A DNA stretch of 64,000 nt from a virus (IMGVR_UViG_3300036851_000157:386-64385); one strand, 5' to 3'. Counted from the stretch's first letter, positions 19,193 to 28,086 are shown. The notes: generated from the letters alone by a model not told the origin. Translations and numbers: made by a program.

Positions 19193-22008
19193 CAGCTTTC
19201 TCCTCTCAAGCTGTTCTTCAGTGTAGTGAGTGATACACCCAGAGCTTGTGCTACCTCAGCCTGTGTGTGACCAGAGGCCAGCATGGCCTTGGCTCTAGGA
19301 AGTTGTGAACCACCCATCAAAGTAGTCTGACGTGGGGTGGCTAGCTTCTTCACAGTCTCAAGGTCTGCATTGTCCAAGATAGACTTCAGCTTGCTAGGAC
19401 TGATGGCTCTTGCTTGGATGGCGGTCCATTCTTGAGGGGTGATTTGGATCTGGTCCTTGCCAGCACCAACTCTAGACCTCGCCTGCTGTAGTGCTTGGAA
19501 CTTCACCCTCTTGATCTGGGCAGCATCCATGTCTGGAAGATCTACCCTCTTCTGAGCCAATGTAGTATTGGCATAGATCTGAGCTTGACGTTCCAAAGGT
19601 CTGTTCTGGATGGCCTGATTAAGCTTGGCCGTCAGAGACTTGACCTCTTGGTCATAAGCACGAGTAGCAGAAGGCACAGCTTTGTCAAGCTTGGTGTTGA
19701 CAAGTTCTTTCCTTGCCAGGTTTGCCAATGCCTTCATCCTGTTGCTGTGTTCAGCATACGCCGCTTCGATGCTAGTGCCAGGTTTTTCCTTAGATCCACC
19801 TGATGTCAAAGCAAACGCGTCCTCTGCAATCTCTAGCTTCTTGCGTGGCGCAGTTGGGAAGCGAGTCTTCCCCGTGACAGGATCAACCCATTCCTCACCT
19901 TTTGGTACCAAGATCCTTCGACCTGTGATTGGATCAATGCCGCGCTGCTTGACAGCACGAGCTTGCCTATCTACAGAGCCGGCCCTAGAGATCAAGGTTG
20001 ACGCACCGCCAGCCGCTTGTCCTCCAGGTCGAGGTTGATACTTCTGTTGAAGGGCCTTGATGCCGTTGTCAATCTCTGATGCCTTGTAATCCAAGGAATG
20101 CTTCTCAGCATCAATAACAACCATAGAGTGTTTGACAGCACGAGCAAGTTCATCGTTGCTGGCTCCACGAATCGTCATGTCAGTGATGAGATTTGACACC
20201 TTACCCATGTGTTGCTGCTTGCCTGAGGGAGAAGTCTTTCCTGGCGTGCCATCGGGCTTTACCCCATAATCGATCTTGCTGGCTTTAGCATCCCAACGTC
20301 CACCATCAATAGTCTTCATTCCATCGTAAGGAGGATACTCCCTTTGTGGATCAAAGTGCTTCAATTCTTCCAATGAAGGAGAGCTCTTAATGGTTGTTCC
20401 TGGTCGCTGCGGAATGACAATGACAGAATCTCCATCAAAGTCAGCTCCCGACAACTTTGCTGCTACCTTGGGGTTGATGCCGATTGCGTCAGGCGGATGC
20501 TCACCAAACGCCTCTCTTGCAAGCTTGTGCCTGTTGTTGACAGTCAGCTCTGGAATCTCGAAGGTTCCGCCATGGGGGTAGCGGATAAGAACTACGCGAT
20601 CGCCGTTTTTGTACGTCGGTGCGTAGACCTCCGTCTCTTTCATCGTTGGAATGGGGAGGATGACACGAGACGCCTGGCCCGGAAGAGCTGCTGCTTTTAG
20701 ATGGACAGCCGACGAATCCGCGCCATCCGCAAAGGACTCGAGAAGCTTCGCTCGAACTGCCGGATTGGTGAGTTGCATGATCTCGTCAAGCTTTTCGCGT
20801 TCTGCATCGTAAGTTGCCTGCAGTTGGCGCCTTGCGAGAGTCGGGCTCTGCTTCGACAGAAATTGAGACGACAAGTTATCGGACCAAGTATCCCAATTAC
20901 CTTCTTCGTTGATCTTGTTCATCACAGAAGTGACTTTACCGGTTTTCTCGTCAATGACCTGTCCACCATTCGGCCTGATCTGTGCACCAAAGGGGTTATC
21001 ACTGTCGATCGTTCCGTCGTCCTTCTTCTTGAGCTCCTTCATGACATCGATCTTGCTGCCACCAGGGTTCTTGTTGGTGTTAAACTGAAGATCTACACCC
21101 TTCGGCATATCTGGCTTGTAGACGGCCATCCCTTTGAGATAGTGCGTGCCGTCGACCATGATTCGAACCTGGGCATAATGTGCTGATCCAAGTGAGACAT
21201 CTTTGACACCAGGCCTGACATAAATGACACCGTCTGCCTCCTTGCCTCCTTGATCTGCGTAAATGATGCCAACGCGTCGAGAAGAGATTGATAGAGGCGG
21301 TTTAATGCCAAGGATAGTCTTTCCGTTATCCTTCGAGAATTTTCCAAGAGCGTCGAGCTGTTGGATTTCTCCTTTTCGAGCATTGAGCTCCTTGTATGTC
21401 GTGCCGGGCGGTGTGAGAACACGGATCGTGGTCTTGTTACCTGGTGCAGTGCCGAGTTGGTCGACCTGTACTTTGTGGACCATGTATCCCTTTTCTTTTA
21501 GCACCGCTACTGCCGCCTTGAGGCGAGACTCAGCGATACCAAGGTGTTGTTCCACGCCAGTTCCGATGTCGATGAAACGCTTAGATGCAACACCCTCTTC
21601 CAACATCCGAGAAACGTTGTGAAGAGCATCGATCTTCGCGCGAGCGTCATCAGCAAGCAGCGAACGAATCGTTGATTCCTTCGACTTGGTACCGAACATC
21701 TTCTCCGCAATAGCCGTGTGTGACCATCCTTGATCGCGAAGCTTCTGAGCTTGATGGATCTGCTGCTGCTTTTGTTGAGCCTTGGCAATTGTCCTAGCGG
21801 CACGGTATTCGGTAGTGCTGATACCGACCATCTTACAAGCCTCGGTAATGGACATATTGCCCTCGGACTTAATCTTGTCGAAGTACGCCAAGAACTCGCG
21901 ATTTCTCACATTCTCGGTGCTACCTGAACCCCAAGGATAGCGGCCCGACCTACGAAGGATGCCGTAGTGAGCCAGATAGTCATCTTTTTCAATGAGCTCG
22001 CTCACCAT
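19192..22008 (-). CDS. Putative single-chain two-barrel (DPBB) RNA polymerase with HTH segments
   Basis: LSGADFDGDSV at ~20428-20448, upstream LIRYPH and YLKGMA; HTH-like segments at both ends. Confidence 0.75.
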   Translation of the reverse strand: MVSELIEKDDYLAHYGILRRSGRYPWGSGSTENVRNREFLAYFDKIKSEGNMSITEACKMVGISTTEYRAARTIAKAQQKQQQIHQAQKLRDQGWSHTAIAEKMFGTKSKESTIRSLLADDARAKIDALHNVSRMLEEGVASKRFIDIGTGVEQHLGIAESRLKAAVAVLKEKGYMVHKVQVDQLGTAPGNKTTIRVLTPPGTTYKELNARKGEIQQLDALGKFSKDNGKTILGIKPPLSISSRRVGIIYADQGGKEADGVIYVRPGVKDVSLGSAHYAQVRIMVDGTHYLKGMAVYKPDMPKGVDLQFNTNKNPGGSKIDVMKELKKKDDGTIDSDNPFGAQIRPNGGQVIDEKTGKVTSVMNKINEEGNWDTWSDNLSSQFLSKQSPTLARRQLQATYDAEREKLDEIMQLTNPAVRAKLLESFADGADSSAVHLKAAALPGQASRVILPIPTMKETEVYAPTYKNGDRVVLIRYPHGGTFEIPELTVNNRHKLAREAFGEHPPDAIGINPKVAAKLSGADFDGDSVIVIPQRPGTTIKSSPSLEELKHFDPQREYPPYDGMKTIDGGRWDAKASKIDYGVKPDGTPGKTSPSGKQQHMGKVSNLITDMTIRGASNDELARAVKHSMVVIDAEKHSLDYKASEIDNGIKALQQKYQPRPGGQAAGGASTLISRAGSVDRQARAVKQRGIDPITGRRILVPKGEEWVDPVTGKTRFPTAPRKKLEIAEDAFALTSGGSKEKPGTSIEAAYAEHSNRMKALANLARKELVNTKLDKAVPSATRAYDQEVKSLTAKLNQAIQNRPLERQAQIYANTTLAQKRVDLPDMDAAQIKRVKFQALQQARSRVGAGKDQIQITPQEWTAIQARAISPSKLKSILDNADLETVKKLATPRQTTLMGGSQLPRAKAMLASGHTQAEVAQALGVSLTTLKNSLRGES

Positions 22009-22565
22009 TGCTCCTCTTCTTCACGAAGGTCATCTACTCGCTTACTGAGGTATCGGTAACGCTCCATGTGGTGCATAATGTCGTCGCCATCAGGAATATG
22101 GGTACGAAATTCATCATTCTGGTAAATCCGGCATTCCATCTTGATCTTGAATGGATTGATCAGATATTCCAGACAGAACAGCGCGCAATAAAGCTCGAGC
22201 TGCTTCCATGATGTCAACGCCTGTCCATTCTTCAAGTCGTGAACTCGAAGAAAATTCTTCCTGAAGCCGATCGCGTCGGGGGTGCCAAAAGCATTGGCGT
22301 TGTACATCAACATCTGCTCCGGTCGCATCATGTAACCGATTGCGTGGTTGACATACAGCGCTAACGTCGTCTGCCCCTTCAGCGGGATCTTAAGTCGAAT
22401 AGCCTCAGCTGCGAACTGGTGAAGTTCAGTTCCACGCTTGGCTTCCTGTTGCATGCGATAGACACGATCGAACTTATCGTCGTCGTATCCCAACCAGTGG
22501 TGTTTGCTCGCGCTCAAATGTGTCGCGTGCAAGCCGGTAAAGGCGGTATGTCTGTGCCAGATCAT
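22002..22565 (-). CDS. PD-(D/E)xK / Cas4-like exonuclease
   Basis: GTELH, PEQ, GTPDAI, HDLKNG, QLELY. Confidence 0.75.
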   Translation of the reverse strand: MIWHRHTAFTGLHATHLSASKHHWLGYDDDKFDRVYRMQQEAKRGTELHQFAAEAIRLKIPLKGQTTLALYVNHAIGYMMRPEQMLMYNANAFGTPDAIGFRKNFLRVHDLKNGQALTSWKQLELYCALFCLEYLINPFKIKMECRIYQNDEFRTHIPDGDDIMHHMERYRYLSKRVDDLREEEEQW

Positions 22566-22833
22566 GCAGAACCTCTTCTTCGTTCTCTGGGTAGATAAAT
22601 GCCCCGAAGGAGTGGATGGCAGCCCAGTGGACATACCATTCTTGGTTAGGTTCTTGATCCGCGTCGCGTGAAATTTTCACTTCCAGCCATCCCCAGAAGC
22701 CTGGGAGAAAAACTGTGAGATCAGGAATGCCTTGACGATAGCCTGAGTTGTTCTTAAGGATGTCACACTCTCCCTTGGGAAAGCGACCTTTGATCCTAGG
22801 TATCAACTCTCGCTGATAGTCTCTTTCTAGCAT
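22474..22833 (-). CDS. VRR-NUC family nuclease / resolvase
   Basis: LERDYQ, GIPDL, LEVK, PNQ.WY. Confidence 0.8.
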   Translation of the reverse strand: MLERDYQRELIPRIKGRFPKGECDILKNNSGYRQGIPDLTVFLPGFWGWLEVKISRDADQEPNQEWYVHWAAIHSFGAFIYPENEEEVLHDLAQTYRLYRLARDTFEREQTPLVGIRRR

Positions 22834-22881
22834 TCTCACCTCCAAAAACAGACAAAAAGAATAGGGATATGGTCCCCTCTT

Positions 22882-22908
22882 CTATTATAGTCTGCGTTTG
22901 CGACGCGA
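22882..22908 (-). promoter_or_regulatory. Conserved phage promoter-like motif upstream of nuclease-RNAP operon
   Basis: TCGC-N6-AAC-N8-TAATAG with exact spacing. Confidence 0.7.
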
Positions 22909-22916
22909 GCCAATAC

Positions 22917-23423
22917 TTACTGTGTCACACGAGCAAATCGTTGCCACGTGGGGAAACAGGGGCTGCCGTTAACTACTGATTTCATCACATCTTCCTCTAA
23001 AAGACCGTATTTACAAGCAGCGACGCGAGAATCTTCATACTCCTCGCTGGTTTCCACGTCATAGATCTTCGCTCGGAACAGCGGAGTCTTGGACTCCTCG
23101 AACTGGTGAAAGAACTTGACAGCGAACCACCTGGGACGCCACACTAGATTCTTCGCGTGATTATCGTTACGATCTCCATTCAGATTGATTGGTGTGTTGA
23201 ACTGTGCTGACTTCCCTGTAACAAACATGGTTGCGACGAGGCGAGGAAGAGACAGTGTCATCTGCCGACCCTCGTCACGCTTCATCAAACCTACTCTGAC
23301 TACCCCATACTGGTTCGGGGAGAGTTTGAGTAGGTTGTCCGTACGCTCATTCTTCACTGCGCCTTCGTCACTCACCATGTAACCAGGGAAGCCCATCGTG
23401 TCTAGGCTTTCCCAATTCTCCAT
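22917..23423 (-). CDS. NUMOD4/HNH-like protein
   Basis: GY.VSDEG.VKN, RLVA..F, NGDR.DN...NL.W. Confidence 0.7.
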   Translation of the reverse strand: MENWESLDTMGFPGYMVSDEGAVKNERTDNLLKLSPNQYGVVRVGLMKRDEGRQMTLSLPRLVATMFVTGKSAQFNTPINLNGDRNDNHAKNLVWRPRWFAVKFFHQFEESKTPLFRAKIYDVETSEEYEDSRVAACKYGLLEEDVMKSVVNGSPCFPTWQRFARVTQ

Positions 23424-23635
23424 CAGTTCTCCTGCTCCCGCTTCTGCTCATCGAGCCGCTTCTGCACAGACTTTCTCCACAGCTTCCATTCTTCAAAAAG
23501 TTTAAAGATCTGCTTGCCTGGGTGAAAGATTGTGCCCTTGTGCCAGATCATTGCAGCACTAGGCGAATAGAAAGGACCAACTCCAAGACCTCGACGGTAA
23601 AGCCAAACCTTGATTTTCATCCACATTCTCATCAA
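23423..23635 (-). CDS. Hypothetical protein
   Basis: Translationally coupled ORF. Confidence 0.6.
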   Translation of the reverse strand: MMRMWMKIKVWLYRRGLGVGPFYSPSAAMIWHKGTIFHPGKQIFKLFEEWKLWRKSVQKRLDEQKREQEN

Positions 23636-23865
23636 ACAACTCCTCTTAGAAGTTTTGAGCGCCGAACATAAACGGCGTCTACACTACGATCAAGCTTTAA
23701 CGACACTTGCGTAATGTCGAAAGGCTCAGTCATTATGAGTAGATCCTCGTCGGCTCCCCACCGCCTCCTTGAGCCGGGTCCTGACTTAGGTTTTGCCCCG
23801 CGATCAATCATTCGAGCTCTTGAGGCGCGATTGTGGTTTTTACGCTTTGCACCTTTACTCGGCAT
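23632..23865 (-). CDS. Small HTH-like DNA-binding protein
   Basis: W..DED...KLDRS.DAV..RRSKL. Confidence 0.6.
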   Translation of the reverse strand: MPSKGAKRKNHNRASRARMIDRGAKPKSGPGSRRRWGADEDLLIMTEPFDITQVSLKLDRSVDAVYVRRSKLLRGVV

Positions 23866-24092
23866 CAGATTTCCGCCCAGTTTGTAGTTTCCGTGATCTC
23901 AATCACATCTCTACTCACAAGGGTTCCAAACTCAGGCTGACCCACAAACGGAAGTTTCGCATTATGCGCTATTCTAGCTACTTCTTGTTCTGCGTGAAGT
24001 TTTCCGTAGTATCCTCTACCTTTCGACACAATGGTCTGACTATCGCCTAAACGCACGCCATACTCAGTATAAGAGTTCTCAACACGCATCAG
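23865..24092 (-). CDS. Hypothetical protein
   Basis: Coupled ORF; start uncertain. Confidence 0.55.
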   Translation of the reverse strand: MMRVENSYTEYGVRLGDSQTIVSKGRGYYGKLHAEQEVARIAHNAKLPFVGQPEFGTLVSRDVIEITETTNWAEI

Positions 24093-24253
24093 TGCACAAT
24101 CCCCTTCAATCCAAGCCAACGCAGATACTCAGGGACGGAATCGAATCCTGCCTTGAGTGCGTTCTCTGAGATCTTTATCAATTCGTCGATGTCAAGTCGC
24201 ACACTCACCTGCTCTGTTCGGCGACGATTCTCAGTCCCTGATCGATTACCCAT
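24089..24253 (-). CDS. Ribbon-helix-helix-like DNA-binding protein
   Basis: EQVSVRL...E...I...A..AG..SV.EYLR. Confidence 0.55.
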   Translation of the reverse strand: MGNRSGTENRRRTEQVSVRLDIDELIKISENALKAGFDSVPEYLRWLGLKGIVH

Positions 24254-24452
24254 CAGACTCCTTAGGAACAAGGCGCTTGTTTTCTCCGCCATTAGAAACC
24301 ACAACAAACTTCTTTCCACAGGAACATATCCACTCATGCCCTTCTGCGTGGTGACTAACTGCCAACCTTGCAAAGAGGACTCCAATGTGGGGGCAAGTCA
24401 GCTTCGACGGTATTGCCGGTTGTTGCCAACCGGATCTCTTTTGTTCGCTCAT
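24246..24452 (-). CDS. Small Zn-finger-like protein
   Basis: CPH...W.CSCG; GAGGTGG RBS. Confidence 0.6.
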   Translation of the reverse strand: MSEQKRSGWQQPAIPSKLTCPHIGVLFARLAVSHHAEGHEWICSCGKKFVVVSNGGENKRLVPKESDG

Positions 24453-24594
24453 CAGACATCCACCTCTTCGACAGTCAGTCGATGAATCACAGCGTCGTTG
24501 AGTCGTTCTTCCTTGGCCAACGCGTGACTAATCGTTTCAGCCACATCAACAACGGCCTGTCCGGGAACGCTGAGCTCAATTTCTACGCGGATCA

Positions 24595-24948
24595 TCAATT
24601 CCCCCTAAGATTGATCGCATGGCCCGTACGTTGGTGATGCTTGTACCCGAGCTTTGCCAGCTTGTCCATGCTGTGACCAGACTCGAGGAACTGCCCACAC
24701 GTACACTGGATGATGTGCCGCTTGTTCACTCCTGGCTGAAACCAGATGAAGTCTTTCTTGAGGTTGTCCTGCTCTTCAGACGTCAACCCGATCTGAAAGA
24801 CCCCATATTCTTCATCCGTCATGAAGAACCAGATGTCTCGAGTGAAGATCCCGGAGAATTCCTGAATCTCACTTTCGGTGTAATTGTACACAAACGTTCG
24901 TTCGTCATCCGTGGAGTAACAGAACACGCGTAGCTTGTCTTCTATCAC
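24595..24948 (-). CDS. Hypothetical protein with CxC...H...H motif
   Basis: QCTCG...KHHQRTGH. Confidence 0.65.
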   Translation of the reverse strand: MIEDKLRVFCYSTDDERTFVYNYTESEIQEFSGIFTRDIWFFMTDEEYGVFQIGLTSEEQDNLKKDFIWFQPGVNKRHIIQCTCGQFLESGHSMDKLAKLGYKHHQRTGHAINLRGN

Positions 24949-25136
24949 TTTGCATTCCTTCTGTTAGGTCGAGAAGCTAAACCAAGCCTTTTTGCTTGGT
25001 TTGTAACAGCGGTTACTGAGACGTTGTACTTCTTAGCCATTTCTTGTCGAGGAAGGTTCATCGTCCAGTCTCTAATGAACTCTTCATCTCGACCAACAAT
25101 GCCTTGCCTCCTGCCTGGTTGCGCCATGTTCACCAC
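24945..25136 (-). CDS. Small HTH protein
   Basis: EMAKKYNVSVTAV...AKRLGL. Confidence 0.65.
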   Translation of the reverse strand: MVNMAQPGRRQGIVGRDEEFIRDWTMNLPRQEMAKKYNVSVTAVTNQAKRLGLASRPNRRNAK

Positions 25137-25144
25137 CTTAGTTG

Positions 25145-25400
25145 GTCCGATACGTAGTTTTTATGTATTGCCAAGCTTTCTTGAAGAAAACTCTTTAGAA
25201 TTCTCATTTCCAATACTTATTCTTAATTTTAGCGCGTTGAATAAGGATTTACGTACTGGAAACGCCTGATAGAGAAGAGTTTTTTCCAAAAATCTTGGCA
25301 GTATTGGACTGGCACTTGGATACTTAATTTTTGACGATTTCACGCGGTATACGTAAGTTGTATACGTAAAACATGAGTACGTCAAAAACGTGTCAAATCC
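25145..25400. other. AT-rich intergenic region, candidate replication origin
   Basis: AT-rich; imperfect ~30-bp inverted repeat (25165-25195 / 25277-25304); several TACGTA palindromes. Confidence 0.45.
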
Positions 25401-25401
25401 G

Positions 25402-28086
25402 TCAGAAGCCCAATTTTCCTGCTAATGCAGACTCATTGAAGCTCTTCTTCAACCCAAGAGCCTTAGCCACTGCCAAGTCGATCGCAGCCTTCGAAATGAG
25501 CCTGTAATAGTGCAAATCCGAAAATGACGTGTTCATTCTGTCAATTCTGCCGTGTGCTTGGTGCCAATTCTTGTACGAATACGGCATCGAATAGAACACA
25601 ATTGCGTCAGTCTCGGTACACTCCCAGGCTTCCGCCCCGGCCACATATTGAACAAGGTACACCCACGATGTGGTAGTGGGAACGTCCTCGTGTTTGTGTC
25701 CATTCCACTCCGCGACCTGAAATTGCGGCGTAGATCCAGAACCGTTGCCAGTCGAGCATGGGTCCGACAATGGTTTCGATGGCCTCAATAACGCTTCGGT
25801 ACTCGTCTTCGAGAGTCTGCCCGTGGGTGAGTCGGTATCGATCCCTGTTTTTGATGTACCGATCGCTAGCCTTGAGCCGTCCGAGGTCTTCGTATGCGCC
25901 GGTAGGTAACGGGTCTTCTGGTGTTTCTGACATTCGTCAGTCCTTTCTGCAATTACAGATGAGTTCTCCAGCATCGAGATGTCTCTTGAGATGGTTAGCC
26001 CTCTTCCATCGGTAGTAGAGAGTCTCTCGGACTGCTGCGTGTTCTTCTGATCCTTCTCGGAGAGATCTGAGGAATTTGATCTTGTCTTCGACTCGAGATC
26101 CCCAGACCCACTCTCCGAGCTTAGGGAATCCGTAGAACCCGATTGGCGGCACGTACAGGCCGTCGAAGAACATTCCTCCGGGTTGTTCTGACATTCCTCA
26201 GTCCCTTCTGACTGCTTCGACGTGGTAGTTCGGAACAGCGATCCACTCTCCGTTGAAGAAGACTCGGAAGTGGTCGATTCGGTCCCAATCGATGATGGGG
26301 TGTGTGGTACTGTCGGAAATGCTTTGGAACCACGCTCTGATGGCTCGTTGCTCGTCGTCAGTGAAATTTGTGTTGAGCACGAGCGGAGCCCATCGCAGGA
26401 ACATGTCGGTGTGGCTTTCTCCTGAGACATCAACCCATCGTGAACCGTCCCAGTAATGTCCGTCTGGAGCGGGTCTAGGTGCTGGGGTTGTCGTGAGGTC
26501 TCGTCCATCCTCTCCCGGGATGAGTCCAAGAGCCTCGAGCTCCATCCGGATGAGTTGTTGAATTCCTCGTCGGGTCCACTTCCGTTCACTGTCAACATAA
26601 TCGTACTCGGGTTTGTCGAGCTTGAGAGCAAGTCCAGGTCGTTCTGCTCCACAATTTGCGCAGGACTTGAGTGCCCAGAGCTCGATGGGGTTTTCCTTGT
26701 TGAGGAGTCGAGGACAGTAGTGTGTCCATCTTTCCCCATCAATAAGATCTCGTTCGTTTGTTGCCATTGGCCATCCTCCTGTGTTTTCGATGAATTCTTC
26801 CACACCAACAGGGAGTTCGCTCTCAGTCCCTCCGGACTCAGTAGGTACTCCCATGGGTCGCTTAGGGTTTGCTCCTCGCCACAGCTCTGTTTGAAGTTGT
26901 TCAGAGAGTCCTTCTCGCAGTCTGTCAGCAAACTCTCCATACTCGAGGTAATCGGGTCGTTCGGACACATCCGCCCGTCGTGCTCGATTCTGCAGAGTTC
27001 GCAGAAGTTCGTCTCCCCGAAGGTGCGCCGCGGTCCCGTAATAGTGGAGCTCTTCCCCTTCAGACATTCTCTACACTCCTTCTTCCCAATTGACGAGTCC
27101 TGCGACATCTTCGGAGATGATGCTGAATCGTGCTCCGTGATTTCGGACCAACTCGTATTGCGCGTCTGTGAGGGTGAACTCTCGTTCCACGTAGTCTCCG
27201 ACGTTGTCGCTCCAGACCTTTCCTCTAATAATGTGGGGTCGGCGAGGGTCCTCAGAATCTCCAACTCGTAGTCGAAGTTGTAGAAGACAATCAACTTCGG
27301 ATGCTTCTTCAGCAATGAACGAATTGCCGTCAATCGAGAAGCGTCGGTGTACACAACCTTGCGTAGGACACGGAACAGTTCCCCGGCGTCCTGAATAGGT
27401 CTGTTTTCTAATACATTCCATCTCTTGCTCACCAGCTCCTTTACTAGGTCTTTGTCAAAGTCAACTAGGATGTCGTGGTTGTGTCGGGTGGTGTGTCGCT
27501 CGTACGGCATGTCCACAAGGAGCTGGTTTCTCCAGCGGACGAGCTTCCCAACATTCCGGTAACGAAGGAGCTGGTTGTATCGACCAGTCCACCGATACAC
27601 GCAGTGATCATCCTTGAATTGCGTAAGATTCTTGACGAATCCATTTGCACGGAACACGGGCACGTAATCGAGCCAAGTGTCTCCCGGAGTTGCCGAAAGC
27701 ATGATCCAGTGATTGTTCTTGGCAATCTCATAGAATGCCTTAACCCAGGCACCAGTTCCGACAAGTCTCTGCTCGTCGAAGATGAAGAAAGCATCTTTGC
27801 GCTCCTTGTACTTGTCGATGTTGTTCCAGGAGTCAACCTCTACGACTGCTCCCATGGTAGTGTCTGGGTGTCGCGTCATCCCAATCTGCACGAAGATGTT
27901 CTGCCAATCGAACTTATCGCGCTTCTTGGCCGTAGTGATGACAATGATGTCCCGTGGTGCCTCGTTCTGAAGGTAGTAGCCAACCGCGGTATGGCTTTTG
28001 CCGACGCCCACACCCCCACAGAGGATGCAACCGTTGTGCATTTTGGCTACAGCCTTCTCTTGGTGTGGCTTCAGCTCGAAGGTCAA
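25402..28086 (-). CDS. SF2 (SNF2-like) helicase with a ~500-aa in-frame low-complexity insertion
   Basis: GVGVGKS, FDEQR, LSATPG at N-terminus; QY.AGAE, QAHGRIDR at C-terminus; Ser/Thr-rich middle. Confidence 0.85.
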   Translation of the reverse strand: MTFELKPHQEKAVAKMHNGCILCGGVGVGKSHTAVGYYLQNEAPRDIIVITTAKKRDKFDWQNIFVQIGMTRHPDTTMGAVVEVDSWNNIDKYKERKDAFFIFDEQRLVGTGAWVKAFYEIAKNNHWIMLSATPGDTWLDYVPVFRANGFVKNLTQFKDDHCVYRWTGRYNQLLRYRNVGKLVRWRNQLLVDMPYERHTTRHNHDILVDFDKDLVKELVSKRWNVLENRPIQDAGELFRVLRKVVYTDASRLTAIRSLLKKHPKLIVFYNFDYELEILRTLADPTLLEERSGATTSETTWNESSPSQTRNTSWSEITEHDSASSPKMSQDSSIGKKECRECLKGKSSTITGPRRTFGETNFCELCRIEHDGRMCPNDPITSSMESLLTDCEKDSLNNFKQSCGEEQTLSDPWEYLLSPEGLRANSLLVWKNSSKTQEDGQWQQTNEILLMGKDGHTTVLDSSTRKTPSSSGHSSPAQIVEQNDLDLLSSSTNPSTIMLTVNGSGPDEEFNNSSGWSSRLLDSSRERMDETSRQPQHLDPLQTDITGTVHDGLMSQEKATPTCSCDGLRSCSTQISLTTSNEPSERGSKAFPTVPHTPSSIGTESTTSESSSTESGSLFRTTTSKQSEGTEECQNNPEECSSTACTCRQSGSTDSLSSESGSGDLESKTRSNSSDLSEKDQKNTQQSERLSTTDGRGLTISRDISMLENSSVIAERTDECQKHQKTRYLPAHTKTSDGSRLAIGTSKTGIDTDSPTGRLSKTSTEALLRPSKPLSDPCSTGNGSGSTPQFQVAEWNGHKHEDVPTTTSWVYLVQYVAGAEAWECTETDAIVFYSMPYSYKNWHQAHGRIDRMNTSFSDLHYYRLISKAAIDLAVAKALGLKKSFNESALAGKLGF
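25607..25933 (-). CDS. Nested gene in helicase (-1 frame)
   Basis: GAAAGGA RBS; MSE start; C-terminus overlaps the helicase C-terminal domain. Confidence 0.55.
   Translation of the reverse strand: MSETPEDPLPTGAYEDLGRLKASDRYIKNRDRYRLTHGQTLEDEYRSVIEAIETIVGPMLDWQRFWIYAAISGRGVEWTQTRGRSHYHIVGVPCSICGRGGSLGVYRD
25937..26194 (-). CDS. Nested gene in helicase (-1 frame)
   Basis: AAGGGA/GAGG RBS; MSE start; normal protein composition. Confidence 0.65.
   Translation of the reverse strand: MSEQPGGMFFDGLYVPPIGFYGFPKLGEWVWGSRVEDKIKFLRSLREGSEEHAAVRETLYYRWKRANHLKRHLDAGELICNCRKD
26198..27067 (-). CDS. Nested gene in helicase (-1 frame), 289 aa
   Basis: GAAGGAG RBS; normal composition; HYC..CANC and APDGHYWDGSRW motifs. 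Confidence 0.7.
   Translation of the reverse strand: MSEGEELHYYGTAAHLRGDELLRTLQNRARRADVSERPDYLEYGEFADRLREGLSEQLQTELWRGANPKRPMGVPTESGGTESELPVGVEEFIENTGGWPMATNERDLIDGERWTHYCPRLLNKENPIELWALKSCANCGAERPGLALKLDKPEYDYVDSERKWTRRGIQQLIRMELEALGLIPGEDGRDLTTTPAPRPAPDGHYWDGSRWVDVSGESHTDMFLRWAPLVLNTNFTDDEQRAIRAWFQSISDSTTHPIIDWDRIDHFRVFFNGEWIAVPNYHVEAVRRD

Noticed and set aside
22002-22565. CRISPR Cas4
   Set aside because: Generic phage PD-(D/E)xK exonuclease; no Fe-S cysteine cluster or CRISPR context
25161-25385. 74-aa ORF in the AT-rich region
   Set aside because: No clear RBS, atypical composition, overlaps the inverted repeat
25720-27240. Intein or homing endonuclease in the helicase
   Set aside because: No C/S...HN-C/S/T splice junctions or LAGLIDADG motifs seen; composition matches off-frame reading
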